A DNA stretch of 64,000 nt from Candidatus Moanibacter sp. (lineage in GTDB: Bacteria > Verrucomicrobiota > Verrucomicrobiia > Opitutales > UBA2987). The stretch covers positions 32,001-96,000 of the forward strand of contig CBDCEW010000090.1 of NCBI GenBank assembly GCA_965215885.1. Reading direction: 5' to 3'. Under the pieces are notes generated by a model. It was not told the origin of the DNA. It searched no databases and saw only the letters and a list, made by a program, of their open reading frames with translations. The position numbers were made by a program, and so were the translations under genes. Shown here piece after piece: positions 31,751-42,224 of the stretch; the stretch's first letter is position 1; each line of letters opens with the position of its first letter.

Positions 31751-32257
31751 ATGCGGGTGTATCATAGCTGGGTTCGGATTCTTCCGACATCCGTGGTAAA
31801 GAATCTGGCCACCTTGGGACCGCTCGGCTATGTTAAGAAAGCTCCCGGTTCCGTGGCTACTGTAGCCGGATTGATCTGGTACACGGTGGTCTTCATGCAA
31901 TTAGGGTATCCAGGGTATTTTTTCACCCTGATTCTTACAGGTTACTTGGCCGTTGAAATTTGCGGAGAAGCGGAGAAACGGATTTTCAAGAGGGATCCGA
32001 GTGAAGTGGTGCTGGACGAATTTGTGGCCGTGCCGGTATGTTTTATAGGTCTGCAGTATTCCATGACCCCCGAAAACACGTGGATCTTCATGATCAGCGG
32101 ATTTATCCTTTTTCGAGCTTTTGACATTTTTAAGCCGCTCGGAATAAAGGGAATTCAGAACCTTCCCTCGGGACTTGGGATCGTTCTGGATGATGGGGCA
32201 GCGGCGCTCGCAACGTGTCTCTCTCTACATCTCCTCGTGTGGGTAATCACGGGCTAG
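31751..32257 (+). CDS. pgpA: Phosphatidylglycerophosphatase A
   Basis: APGS, DPSEVVLDE, FRAFDIFKP and GIVLDD motifs. Confidence 0.92.
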   Translation: MRVYHSWVRILPTSVVKNLATLGPLGYVKKAPGSVATVAGLIWYTVVFMQLGYPGYFFTLILTGYLAVEICGEAEKRIFKRDPSEVVLDEFVAVPVCFIGLQYSMTPENTWIFMISGFILFRAFDIFKPLGIKGIQNLPSGLGIVLDDGAAALATCLSLHLLVWVITG

Positions 32258-32318
32258 GATTCTGTCGGAGTTTGAGTCTGAGGGGAAGAATGCGAGCTCG
32301 TAGGCTCAAGGATTGACC

Positions 32319-32423
32319 TGTCATTACGCAGTCTGATACACGGCAGACCGCGGCAATCCAGTGCCGCTCAGCGGAAAAATGCTTGATGCCTGGATCGCTT
32401 CGTCATTCTTCCTCGCAATGACA
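32319..32423. repeat. Degenerate REP-like inverted repeat pair
   Basis: Outer TGTCATTACG / CGCAATGACA; inner GCAATCCAG / CTGGATCGC. Confidence 0.5.
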
Positions 32424-32547
32424 GCTGAATTGGTGCGGCAGGGAGATGATCTACAAAGGATCCCTCATATGTCGGACAGAAAATTAGCGTCCGATAGCCT
32501 CTACTGAGGGAAGAACTTTGGACTTGACGAAAAGCTCCCGCTTTCCG

Positions 32548-32985
32548 CTACACACCGGGTTCACTTAGGTAGCTCAGGGCGAAATGGTATCCCTTGAAAC
32601 CAAGGCCCGCGATAACACCGCAACAGACAGGTGCGAGGAACGTTTTGTGTCTGAATTCCTCCCTCTGATGGATGTTGGATATATGGACCTCGACAACCTG
32701 AAGGGCTGATGCCGAAATGGCATCTCGAATGGCAATGCTGGTATGGGTAAAGGCGCCGGCATTGATAATCATGCCGACAAACTTGCGGTCAGTCCATTCC
32801 GCGATTTTGTCGATGAGCGTCCCTTCGTTGTTCGATTGAAAACACTCGATCGCGACTTTCAAAGATTCCGCCAGGTTCTTGAGGGAATCCTCAAGATCGG
32901 TCAGCGAGCGGCTTCCATAGATTCCCGGTTCTCGTATTCCAAGACGGTCAAGATTAGGTCCGTTGAGAATTCCAATATTCTTCAT
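32548..32985 (-). CDS. aroQ: Type II 3-dehydroquinate dehydratase
   Basis: LNGPNL..LG.REP.IYG, QSNNEG, HTSIAIRDA and EVHISN motifs. Confidence 0.96.
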   Translation of the reverse strand: MKNIGILNGPNLDRLGIREPGIYGSRSLTDLEDSLKNLAESLKVAIECFQSNNEGTLIDKIAEWTDRKFVGMIINAGAFTHTSIAIRDAISASALQVVEVHISNIHQREEFRHKTFLAPVCCGVIAGLGFKGYHFALSYLSEPGV

Positions 32986-33046
32986 AGGGAGTGATCGAGA
33001 GACAGCAGATTCGAATGTTTAGTTTCTGTTTTCGAATTCCTTTTCC

Positions 33047-34075
33047 TCACACTTTACTGATGCGACAAGAGTGACAGGCAAAACCGGTTCCAAAAGAAGT
33101 GAGCCACAGGTCTTTACGCATCACATTATTTTCAAAAAACTGGTTGAGGGCGAAGAGGACGGATGGGCTGCTCATGTTGCCGAAGTTACGCAGGACCGCC
33201 TCGCTCTCACAGAAAGAGAATTTGGGCAGGGCGGTTTTAATCGCCTCGAGAACCTCCCTTCCGCCGGCATGCGAAATGATCTGTCCAATTTCGGCCATGT
33301 CGATGTCTGAAAACAGGGTAGAGACGGCTTTGGCGGCCTTTTCGGGAATGGGTTTGTGAAGAATGTTTCGCAATTTACCGTAGCGATTTACAAAGCGAAG
33401 AAGGTTTCGATCTTTGGGTAGATGAAGAAGATCGAAGCCATTACAGTGCAAACCGGTGGTCTCTTTGTTCATCGACCAGATAGAAGCGGAAGCACCATCG
33501 GCGAATATGCATGCGCTGATAAGGACGCCAGGATCGTTGTCGAGGTAAAATGCGGCCGAGCGGATTTCGACGGCGATGACTGCGACTTTAGAATCGGAAT
33601 GTGCTGTCAGGAAATTGCTGGCGCTGTGTAGAGAGGGAATGGCAGCTCCGCAGCCCAGGCCTACAATATCCTGCAAAAAAGTATTGGAGCGCATATTCGT
33701 CTGTTCGGCGACATGGCTGCTAACGCCGGGGCAGATATACCCGGTACAGGTGCACACGATCAATGCGTCGATGTCCGAACTTTGCAGGTGCGCTTTTTCA
33801 AGTGCATCGAAAAGGGCAGTTCGGGCTAGTTTGGGCGCTTCACGCTCGAATGCGCGATTGAGCGTTTCGGCGTCGAATTCGAAGAGGCGTCCGAGATCGG
33901 GCAGGGCGAAGTGTCTCTTGTCAATGCCGTTGTCGCCGAGCAGAACTTTATTTACAAGACTAACGGAACGATTGCTGAGCCGTTTAGCGGTCTCGGATTC
34001 CTTGAACAGTTGCCAGCACTCTCTTTGCGTGAGACAGTGCTCGGGGACGGCATTCGCGATTGATTGGAGGAACAT
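33047..34075 (-). CDS. Type III polyketide synthase
   Basis: Cys-His-Asn triad: GLGCGA, SHAGG, GNMSSPSV; also FADGA. Confidence 0.93.
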   Translation of the reverse strand: MFLQSIANAVPEHCLTQRECWQLFKESETAKRLSNRSVSLVNKVLLGDNGIDKRHFALPDLGRLFEFDAETLNRAFEREAPKLARTALFDALEKAHLQSSDIDALIVCTCTGYICPGVSSHVAEQTNMRSNTFLQDIVGLGCGAAIPSLHSASNFLTAHSDSKVAVIAVEIRSAAFYLDNDPGVLISACIFADGASASIWSMNKETTGLHCNGFDLLHLPKDRNLLRFVNRYGKLRNILHKPIPEKAAKAVSTLFSDIDMAEIGQIISHAGGREVLEAIKTALPKFSFCESEAVLRNFGNMSSPSVLFALNQFFENNVMRKDLWLTSFGTGFACHSCRISKV

Positions 34076-34165
34076 ACTAATAGATCCTTTGGATTTCCAA
34101 TTTACGATGCTGATGCGAAACGTGACTGAAGTGGAGAAGGTTCGACGGGTTGTGCCATTGTGTAT

Positions 34166-35182
34166 CTAATGGAGTACATCGAAGAGATTATTAAATGGTA
34201 TCATACGAATTCGACTAAAAAAGACGAGCCCCTGTTGATAAATCGGATGGTAAAGGAACGGATGCATCAACCGTGAAGCGGCCAGCCGGATTCGAAAATG
34301 ACTCCGGACTTTTCGATTTATGAAACTCACTGTGCGCAACCAGTCGCACTTGCCGCGAGAGAATTCAACTAATGGGTCCAGGGCGAGGGCGGCAGCTTCG
34401 AACGCCATCGACATGCCGTTTCCGGTAAAAGGGGGAATGCCCGTAAATTGATCGCCGAGGTTTAGCCGGTCGATGGGCTGGTGAGATCGGATGAAGTCGA
34501 AAGCGGAGACACCGCAGATGCTCTCGGGATCAATTTTCGAAGCCGAAATCCTGTCTGCCAGGAAATTCAATCCAGAGCTGCGCAAGTAGGAGAGAAAGAG
34601 TGAGTGCTTTTTTTCTCGTATATGCGGCCGCTTCCGGAAAAGTCCGCATATATTGACACGCCCGCCTTCGACTTTGGAAGCGCCGGCGTCGGCAAATTTT
34701 CCGAGATGGAGTTCAAGATCGCTTTGCAAAGGGAAGTCGAAGCAGTGCAACTTCAAACCTATCCATTTTGTGCCGCTGGCTTGCCTCCCAGATGCCCACA
34801 CTGACCCTTCGTGACTGTTGAGACTTCGTATCCTCTTACGGGTGAAAAGGGTGCCACCGAGGTCGACAAAACAATCCGCCAGCCGGTGATCCAGAGTGTA
34901 TCGAGAAATGCTGAGGGCGGGCCGAGGAATAGTATCTACCCTTCGAAGCTCTCCACGGTAGAACCACGATGTCTGTCTCAGCTTGCCGGCGTCTTTGAGG
35001 ATTCGAGCAATACCCAGTTTACCTAAAGTGGACTTTTCTACACCGGCAATGAACTCGCCGCAAACTTTGTGGCGAGGAAAACTCCCTGCCTCAAAAAGAC
35101 GAACCTTAATTTCTCGTTTCCTTAGTGCAATTCCCAGTGAGAGTCCTGCGAGGCCGCCACCTATTATGGTTATGGGGTTCAT
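34166..35182 (-). CDS. FAD-dependent oxidoreductase/monooxygenase
   Basis: GGGLAG, FPRHKVCGEF and GD...IPPFTGNGMSMA motifs. Confidence 0.9.
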   Translation of the reverse strand: MNPITIIGGGLAGLSLGIALRKREIKVRLFEAGSFPRHKVCGEFIAGVEKSTLGKLGIARILKDAGKLRQTSWFYRGELRRVDTIPRPALSISRYTLDHRLADCFVDLGGTLFTRKRIRSLNSHEGSVWASGRQASGTKWIGLKLHCFDFPLQSDLELHLGKFADAGASKVEGGRVNICGLFRKRPHIREKKHSLFLSYLRSSGLNFLADRISASKIDPESICGVSAFDFIRSHQPIDRLNLGDQFTGIPPFTGNGMSMAFEAAALALDPLVEFSRGKCDWLRTVSFINRKVRSHFRIRLAASRLMHPFLYHPIYQQGLVFFSRIRMIPFNNLFDVLH

Positions 35183-35184
35183 GG

Positions 35185-35844
35185 CTAAGCCTCTTTTCGA
35201 ACAGCCGTCATACGGTATTGGCCGAGAATACCAGTTTGGCAGGACCAGCTCCAGACTTTGGATTCAAGCCCTAAAAATCGAGGAAGTTCGTCGTCGAGAA
35301 ATCCTGCTTCTATGCTTACTCGGGCATCGTGATCGGTTACTGGATTTGTTCCCAGAATTTTGCCCAGTTTGAGTTGGTAGAGATGCAATCTTCTCCTTGC
35401 TGTTTCACTGGCAATGATGACTCGAGTTTCCTGGCTGAGTTTTCTACCAAGCTCAAATAGATCTTCACGCTCGAACTGATGTAAAATCATGCTTGCCAGG
35501 ACGATGCTAAATTTGTCATAGCCTTCAAAAAGCCTCAAGTCGATTTTGTGCCACCCCCAGGAGGGGCGCCATGATTGCGGCCGCGAGCAGAGATCGAGAC
35601 CATCAAGTAAGATATTGTTATCTGAAATGTGGGAGTGGAGCAAGTAGGAGCCAAGGTCCCCAGAGCCCGCACCGATCTCAAGGATTTTGTCACTCGGTCG
35701 CAGGACTTTTTTCAAAGTGCGACGAAACCACCGGAAATTACCCATGATGACGTTAAATTTCCTGATGTCCCTGCGATTGTGCATTGCGTTCGGATCATCT
35801 TCCGACAGGGAATCGAGTAATTCCCGCTTAACGACTCTGATCAC
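35185..35844 (-). CDS. SAM-dependent methyltransferase
   Basis: LEIGAGSGD, LHQF and HDARVSI motifs. Confidence 0.88.
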   Translation of the reverse strand: MIRVVKRELLDSLSEDDPNAMHNRRDIRKFNVIMGNFRWFRRTLKKVLRPSDKILEIGAGSGDLGSYLLHSHISDNNILLDGLDLCSRPQSWRPSWGWHKIDLRLFEGYDKFSIVLASMILHQFEREDLFELGRKLSQETRVIIASETARRRLHLYQLKLGKILGTNPVTDHDARVSIEAGFLDDELPRFLGLESKVWSWSCQTGILGQYRMTAVRKEA

Positions 35845-35954
35845 ACGTTGCCTGCTTGGACGTATGGAAGGATGAGCGAATACTTGCCGGGCCTCGGAAT
35901 TTCTTGGTTGCGAGTATGCGAGCTACCCGTCTATAAATGCTGATTCTGTGACCG

Positions 35955-36515
35955 ATGCGAGACTTGGGGGAGAGTACTACAAACCATTCCGGATCTATTC
36001 TCGTGGCCCAACCGGGGCTGGAAGATCCAAATTTCAGGAAGACTGTAATACTGATTTCGGAACATAAGGAGGAAGGTGCGCTCGGAATAGTAATTAATCG
36101 TCCGCTTAAGAAGACCCTAGGCGAGTATAAGGAAGAATTCGCATCTGGTCCCTTAGCCGAAGTACCCTTATATAGCGGTGGGCCGGTAGGAAAAAATAAA
36201 CTCATTCTGACCGCTTGGAAATGGGAACATGAAATCGGAATGTTCAAGCTTTATTTTGGCCTTGATCCGGACAAGGCGCAATCACTTCTCGCTGAAGAAC
36301 CGGATCTTGAGGTCCGCGGATTCCTTGGATATGCAGGGTGGAAAAAGGGGCAGATCGAAGATGAACTCAGCAAAGATGCTTGGATTGTTCTCCCCATAGA
36401 CGGAAATGCGATCGAGAATCTGAGTGAGACGGAACTTTGGCGACAGATACTCGCCAGTGTGAGTCCGAGACTCGAAATCGAGGCGGATGCGCCGGAGGAT
36501 CCTTCGTTAAATTGA
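35955..36515 (+). CDS. YqgE/AlgH family protein
   Basis: DPNFRKTVIL, GIVINRP, GGPV, FLGYAGW..GQ..DE and DPSLN motifs. Confidence 0.93.
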   Translation: MRDLGESTTNHSGSILVAQPGLEDPNFRKTVILISEHKEEGALGIVINRPLKKTLGEYKEEFASGPLAEVPLYSGGPVGKNKLILTAWKWEHEIGMFKLYFGLDPDKAQSLLAEEPDLEVRGFLGYAGWKKGQIEDELSKDAWIVLPIDGNAIENLSETELWRQILASVSPRLEIEADAPEDPSLN

Positions 36516-36602
36516 TAGTCCGTGAGTCGTTCGGTCCGGGAAGAACACATCTGTGAAAGAGTTAATGTCTGATCCGTTTAGCGGCGGTTATCGAGGATAG
36601 CG

Positions 36603-37084
36603 ATGTACCGTTTCCTCACCTTTGTATTCCTTTTTGTGATCTGGATCGTCCTGTCCGGTAAATTCGATCCATTCCATCTTGCCCTGGGCGTCATTTCCTC
36701 AGCTTTCGTAACCGTTATTTCGTCTGATTTGTATTTTTCCGATCGAACGATAAAAATTTTCGCCAGAGCCCAGCAGATGGTGCGGTTCGCAGGTTACCTG
36801 ATTTGGCTGATTTATCAGATCGCACTGGCTAACCTACACATTCTGAGATTGGCGCTTTCTCCAAAAGGTCTAGCAGAAGTGGAGCCAAGAGTGGTACGTT
36901 TCAAGAGCATCTTGAAGTCAGAATTTGCAAAATACGTGTTGGCCAATTCAATTACTCTCACCCCGGGACGGTCACTATTAAGGTGGAAGATAATGAGTTT
37001 TGGGTACATGTAATCAGCCGCACCTCATCGAGATCGCTGGAAGGAGAGATGGAGTCCCGCATCGCCGGCGTATTCGATAGATAG
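36603..37084 (+). pseudogene. mnhE: Na+/H+ antiporter subunit E with a 1-bp frameshift (real or sequencing error)
   Basis: LANSITLTPG, then shifts. One extra G at 36965-36967 gives TVTIKVEDNEFWVH...RIAGVFDR* ending at 37084. Confidence 0.85.
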
Positions 37085-37095
37085 AATGATGTTTT

Positions 37096-37401
37096 ATGGA
37101 CACGTATCTTGAGTTCGTGGGAATAGCACTCTTTCTCTTTATGCTGCTCGCTTTCCTGCGAGTGGTGAACGGTCCGACCGCGATCGATCGAATTGTCGCC
37201 GTTAATATCATCGGCACGAAGACAACCGTTATTCTTATCATCATCGGCACACTTTTCCACCGCGTCGAGATGTTTGTCGATTTTGCGATTACCTATGCGC
37301 TTCTGAATTTCATCGCATCATTGGCAGCGGCCAAATACCTCCATAAGAAAAGGCCGCAGGAGGCTATTCCAATTCTACAAAGCAGGAGAAGAATGAGATG
37401 A
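37096..37401 (+). CDS. mnhF: Na+/H+ antiporter subunit F
   Basis: RVVNGPTAIDRIVA motif. Confidence 0.92.
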   Translation: MDTYLEFVGIALFLFMLLAFLRVVNGPTAIDRIVAVNIIGTKTTVILIIIGTLFHRVEMFVDFAITYALLNFIASLAAAKYLHKKRPQEAIPILQSRRRMR

Positions 37402-37739
37402 CGCAGAATATCATCAGTGCCCTGTTGATTTCAGTGGGGCTAGTATTCTTTCTCGGCGCAGTGGTGGGTCTTTTGCGATTTCCTGATTTTTACACTCGCA
37501 TGCATGCGGCCGGTACAGGGGATACCCTGTCCACTCTACTCATTCTCCTGGGGCTGGTTCTTGCTAATCTTCAGCAGCTGTCCCTTGCAGAGACACTGGT
37601 CGCCTTTAAGATTACCGGTATTTGTCTCTTTGTGGCTTTAACCAGTCCCACCAGTACTCATGCCCTCATGCAGGCGGGTTATGAAGAGGGAATTGAGCCT
37701 TGGAAACGCGAGGAGGCGAAAGCGGACAGCGCATCATGA
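37398..37739 (+). CDS. mnhG: Na+/H+ antiporter subunit G
   Basis: GLLRFPDFYTRMHAA and TSPTSTHAL motifs. Confidence 0.93.
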   Translation: MTQNIISALLISVGLVFFLGAVVGLLRFPDFYTRMHAAGTGDTLSTLLILLGLVLANLQQLSLAETLVAFKITGICLFVALTSPTSTHALMQAGYEEGIEPWKREEAKADSAS

Positions 37740-37981
37740 TTTGGCAATTCAATATCATAATTCTTACTCTTCTAATCGTCACCGCCGTCATTGCTCTGCG
37801 TCTGAAGGATTTGCTGAGCGCTGTGATCGTGTTCGGCACCTATAGTTTTCTGATTTGTCTCTTGTGGGCGGAGATGGGAGCGGTCGACGTCGCTTTTACA
37901 GAGGCGGCGGTCGGGGCGGGGGTGAGCACGATTTTTATGATTGCCACTGTATATTGTACGACGAGGGAGTCTTCCGATTGA
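37736..37981 (+). CDS. Mnh/Mbh small subunit (DUF4040-type)
   Basis: GAVDVAFTEAAVGAG motif; ATGA coupling to mnhG. Confidence 0.88.
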   Translation: MIWQFNIIILTLLIVTAVIALRLKDLLSAVIVFGTYSFLICLLWAEMGAVDVAFTEAAVGAGVSTIFMIATVYCTTRESSD

Positions 37982-38736
37982 GGATCATCGGCATCATAAC
38001 GGTTCTGATTACGTGTGCGCTTCTCATTTATGCGGCGGGAGATCTTCCGGATTGGGGTAACCCTAATTCTCCCGCGAGTCGAAATCGAATATCCCGACAT
38101 TTCATCACCCGATCGATCCACGAAACCGAGGTACCGAACATGGTAACCGCTGTCCTGGCAGACTACCGCGGCTATGACACATTATTCGAAACGATAGTGA
38201 TTTTTACGGCCGGGATTTCGATTGTTGCAATCCTTCGTGTATTCGGTGTCAGAGAAATCGGAAGAATGAGGGTAAGGCGTCGGGCGCGGACGCAGAAGCC
38301 GGACCTGATTATTATCACGACCGGTCGTCTCTTAATTCCAATTATTCAGATATTCGCGATTTATGTCGTCGCCCATGGGCACCACAGTCCAGGCGGTGGT
38401 TTCCAAGGTGGTGTGATATTCGGGGCTAGTTTCATTCTCTATGCAATCGTTCGAGACTTGCCGGACGCACTGAAACGATGTCCGGAAGAGACGGGAGTGT
38501 ATTTGGCGAATACCGGAGTCCTGATCTATTCGGGCATAGGATTACTCTGCATTCTACTTGGGGCGAATTTTCTCGATTATGCGGTGCTGGACGGGATCCT
38601 GCCAGGCTCAACCGCTGAGGCGCGCTATCACAGCATATTCGCCGTCGAATTCGGTGTCGCATTTACCGTTTCTGCTATCATGTTTGCCATATATGGGAAC
38701 CTTTCCTCCAAGGGTCGGCTACGGGAAGGACTCTAG
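37978..38736 (+). CDS. mnhB: Na+/H+ antiporter subunit B
   Basis: PNMVTAVLADYRGYDTLFE and HGHHSPGGGFQGG motifs; TTG start coupled to the upstream stop. Confidence 0.9.
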   Translation: MRIIGIITVLITCALLIYAAGDLPDWGNPNSPASRNRISRHFITRSIHETEVPNMVTAVLADYRGYDTLFETIVIFTAGISIVAILRVFGVREIGRMRVRRRARTQKPDLIIITTGRLLIPIIQIFAIYVVAHGHHSPGGGFQGGVIFGASFILYAIVRDLPDALKRCPEETGVYLANTGVLIYSGIGLLCILLGANFLDYAVLDGILPGSTAEARYHSIFAVEFGVAFTVSAIMFAIYGNLSSKGRLREGL

Positions 38737-38756
38737 CTCCATTTAGTCTATTACTC

Positions 38757-39212
38757 ATGTCGGAACTGATAGAACTGATTGTCCTCCGCTACAATTACTG
38801 GGTCTACATCGTGCTTTTGATGATCGGGCTCTACGCCATGATCGCAAAGAAGAATCTGATCAAGAAATTGATTGGTATGTCCATTTTTCAGACGGCCATT
38901 ATACTGTTCTACGTGTCTATGGGAGTGAAGGAAAATGCGACAATTCCGATCATTGACCACCAAATCGGGCATGCGCAAAGTGACGACGCCAGGGCGGGTG
39001 GGGGTGGGGGTGTGGCTATTCACGCTGGCCGGTACACCTTAAACCCCGAAGACTATGCGAACCCATTGCCTCACGTCCTTATGCTCACTGCCATCGTGGT
39101 CGGTGTCAGCACGTTAGGCGTGGCGCTTGCCGTGGTTCAGAAAGTTCACGCCGAATACGGAACTATTGAGGAGGACGAGATCCTCGCTCAGATCAGATCG
39201 GGTCGTGGCTGA
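38757..39212 (+). CDS. mnhC: Na+/H+ antiporter subunit C
   Basis: NLIKKLIG and NPLPHVLMLTAIVV motifs. Confidence 0.93.
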   Translation: MSELIELIVLRYNYWVYIVLLMIGLYAMIAKKNLIKKLIGMSIFQTAIILFYVSMGVKENATIPIIDHQIGHAQSDDARAGGGGGVAIHAGRYTLNPEDYANPLPHVLMLTAIVVGVSTLGVALAVVQKVHAEYGTIEEDEILAQIRSGRG

Positions 39213-40740
39213 CCAGTATCCAGCCATCCTCTTGCTGGCGCCGCTTTTTGCGGCTTTTGCGGTATGCCTGGCCGGGTCCTTGAAAAGGGAGATCTCCCAT
39301 CCTATTGTGATAATCTCTCTTCTCGTTTCCACTTGGGCCTCAATCCGCACTCTTGAGCAGGTAATGGAAGTCGGAGAATTGGTCTATCTTCTGGGAAATT
39401 GGCCGCGGCCTTTTGGGATTGAATATCGAATCGATTCTCTCAACGCCCTTGTCGTCCTCGTGATTAACATCATCGCACTAATCACTGCAATCTACTCCAA
39501 ACCATTTGTCGAGAAAGAGAATCCGGAGAAGGTCGTTCAGTTTTATACCCTCTATCTGCTGCTCGTGACCTCTCTTATTGGTATCTGCCTTACCGGCGAT
39601 GCCTTTAATCTCTACGTCCTTCTGGAAGTCTCATCACTGACTAGTTACGCACTTATCGCGATGGGGAGCAGGCGGGCTGTTCTGGCCTGTTTCAATTACA
39701 TCATAATGGGCACGATAGGTGCTTCCTTTTACCTCCTGGGAGTCGGTTACCTCTACATCAAGACCGGTTCTCTGAACATGGTAGACATTCAGCAGATCCT
39801 GGTTTCCGAGAATCTCTACGAGTCCCCGTCGGTCTTGGTCGCCTTCATGATGATCCTGGTCGGAGTCTGGATCAAGATGGCATTTTTCCCCTTACATGGC
39901 TGGTTGCCCAATGCATACACATTTGCGCCCACTACGACCGGTTGCCTGATCGCACCCCTCATGACAAAAGTCACTGTATATATCATGATTCGCATGATGT
40001 ATACGGTGTTTCACGGCCACTATACCCTCGTTCATCTCGATTGGAATGCGATCGTCGTCTTTATGGCCATAATAGCGATTGTGGCTGGATCCATTCTGGC
40101 ACTTGCCCAGATTGATCTCAGGAAAACACTCTGTTACCTTATTATTGCCGAGGTTGGATATATGGTAGGAGGGGCCTGGTTGGCGAATGAGGCTGGTCTT
40201 GTGGGCGCGATATACCACATTATCAGCGATGCGTTTATGACTTCATGTCTTTTTCTAGCGGCCGGGATCATATTTGCCAAAACGCGACAATATAGGATCG
40301 CCAGGATGTCTGGTTTGTTTAAGGAGATGCCTTTTACGATGGGTGCTTTCACCCTCGGAGCCCTCTCCATGATTGGTGTTCCTCCGACCTGCGGTTTCTT
40401 CAGTAAGTGGTATCTCATTCGTGGAGGCATTGAGGCCGGTCATTGGGGTTTTGTGATCGCCGTGCTCCTCTCGAGTCTGGCAATCGCGGTTATATTTTTT
40501 CGGATCCTGGAAGTTGCTTACTTTGGTAGTCTGGCCGACTTTCGGGAGGGAGAGCACACCGGTACTACGCGCGTACCGTGGGCAAGCGGGGACACGGAGA
40601 GAGTTACCGAGGGTTCTATTGTCGCCCTTGTGCCTCTCTATATTGCAGCGCTCTTCGTCCTCCTGATTGGAGTTTTCAATCAGACACTTGTCTTTCTCAT
40701 CGGAGAGGCGGTCAAACAGTTTGGGGCTGTGTTTCAATAG
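39205..40740 (+). CDS. mnhD: Na+/H+ antiporter subunit D-like, copy 1
   Basis: TGDAFNLYVLLE, KMAFFPLHGWLPNAY, GVPPTCGFFSKW motifs. Confidence 0.9.
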   Translation: MADQYPAILLLAPLFAAFAVCLAGSLKREISHPIVIISLLVSTWASIRTLEQVMEVGELVYLLGNWPRPFGIEYRIDSLNALVVLVINIIALITAIYSKPFVEKENPEKVVQFYTLYLLLVTSLIGICLTGDAFNLYVLLEVSSLTSYALIAMGSRRAVLACFNYIIMGTIGASFYLLGVGYLYIKTGSLNMVDIQQILVSENLYESPSVLVAFMMILVGVWIKMAFFPLHGWLPNAYTFAPTTTGCLIAPLMTKVTVYIMIRMMYTVFHGHYTLVHLDWNAIVVFMAIIAIVAGSILALAQIDLRKTLCYLIIAEVGYMVGGAWLANEAGLVGAIYHIISDAFMTSCLFLAAGIIFAKTRQYRIARMSGLFKEMPFTMGAFTLGALSMIGVPPTCGFFSKWYLIRGGIEAGHWGFVIAVLLSSLAIAVIFFRILEVAYFGSLADFREGEHTGTTRVPWASGDTERVTEGSIVALVPLYIAALFVLLIGVFNQTLVFLIGEAVKQFGAVFQ

Positions 40741-40748
40741 AGTGTGCG

Positions 40749-42224
40749 ATGGAAAGCGTCGTGTCGATCAAGCCGCTTGCAGCCTGTCTGGTTTCTCTTG
40801 CGGCCGTCATACCAATTGTCCTCTCCCGCAGGCACCCGAACCTTAGGGAAGGCTGGACTTTTCTGGCTGGTTTCGCGAAGGCGATTATTGTGATTTCCAT
40901 GCTTCCGGCTGTCTTAAGCGGGCGCGTATTGGAATGGACGATTTGGGAGATCATCCCGGGCCTGCCACTTCAGTTTCGGGTCGATGCTTTCGGAGTATTT
41001 TTTGCGTTGGTGGCCTCGCTTTTGTGGATCGCGACCTCCCTCTACTCGGTTGGGTACATGCGTGAGTTGCGGGAGCATTCCCAGACACGTTTTTTCGCCT
41101 TCTTCGCCGTCGCTCTCTCTGCCACCCTGGGAGTAGCCTTTGCCGGGAATCTTCTGACACTCTATCTCTTTTACGAATTGCTCTCGTTGTCCACCTATCC
41201 CCTTGTAACGCATCATCAGGACGAAAAAGCGCTTCTAGGTGGGCGCACCTATCTCGTCTATCTCCTTGGTTCTTCAATCGCCTTTGCTCTCCCGGCCATG
41301 CTCTACACCTACGTTAAATCGGGGGGAAACCTGGAATTCGCCGCGGGTGGTTTCCTGGCTGGGCAGGTGACGGGGTTTGAGGCAACAGTTCTCCTCCTCC
41401 TCTTTGTGTTCGGATTTTCCAAATGTGGATTGATGCCACTGCATTCGTGGCTTCCCAACGCTATGGTGGCGCCCACTCCTGTAAGCGCCCTCCTGCATGC
41501 TGTGGCCGTGGTTAAGGTCGGAGTCTTCTGCGTGGTTCGAGTTTTTACCGGTGTATTCGGATTTGATCTGCTCGGGCGAATCACGGGGAGCGACATCATT
41601 CTCGGGTTGGCCGCATTTACGGTTATCACTTCATCCCTAATTGCATTGTCTCAGGATAATTTGAAACGTCGTTTAGCATTTTCCACGATCGGACAGTTGT
41701 CTTATGTAATCCTCGGTGTTTCGTTGCTGACGCCTCTTGGTCTAACCGGGAGCGTGCTCCATATTGGAATGCACGCGGTAGGTAAGATTACCCTCTTTTT
41801 CTGTGCCGGAGCGATTCTCGTGGCAACCGGTAAGAACAATGTCAGCGATATGCGAGGCATCGGTTGGCAGATGCCAGTAACCTTTACTGCTTTTCTCCTC
41901 GGCGCGTTCAGCATTATCGGTCTGCCTCCGTTTGGAGGAGCGTGGAGCAAATGGTATCTTCTATTAGGGGCGTTTCAGGCAGAGAACTACCTCGTGGTAG
42001 CTGTTTTTTTAATCAGTTCTCTCCTCAATGTAGCGTATCTGCTACCGGTGGTGGGATACGCATTCTTCAGCCCCCCTTCAGGTGGGAGTGAGAAGCCTCG
42101 GATAAAAGAGGCCCCTTTGGCTTGCTTGGTGCCTCTTTCCCTCACGGCGATAGGGACTTACATCCTGTTTGTTTATCCGGATGCGTTAGTGCGACTAGCT
42201 AAGCTGATGGAGGCGTCACTATGA
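40749..42224 (+). CDS. Na+/H+ antiporter subunit D-like, copy 2
   Basis: PLHSWLPNAMVAPTPVSALLHA and KRRLAFST motifs. Confidence 0.9.
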   Translation: MESVVSIKPLAACLVSLAAVIPIVLSRRHPNLREGWTFLAGFAKAIIVISMLPAVLSGRVLEWTIWEIIPGLPLQFRVDAFGVFFALVASLLWIATSLYSVGYMRELREHSQTRFFAFFAVALSATLGVAFAGNLLTLYLFYELLSLSTYPLVTHHQDEKALLGGRTYLVYLLGSSIAFALPAMLYTYVKSGGNLEFAAGGFLAGQVTGFEATVLLLLFVFGFSKCGLMPLHSWLPNAMVAPTPVSALLHAVAVVKVGVFCVVRVFTGVFGFDLLGRITGSDIILGLAAFTVITSSLIALSQDNLKRRLAFSTIGQLSYVILGVSLLTPLGLTGSVLHIGMHAVGKITLFFCAGAILVATGKNNVSDMRGIGWQMPVTFTAFLLGAFSIIGLPPFGGAWSKWYLLLGAFQAENYLVVAVFLISSLLNVAYLLPVVGYAFFSPPSGGSEKPRIKEAPLACLVPLSLTAIGTYILFVYPDALVRLAKLMEASL

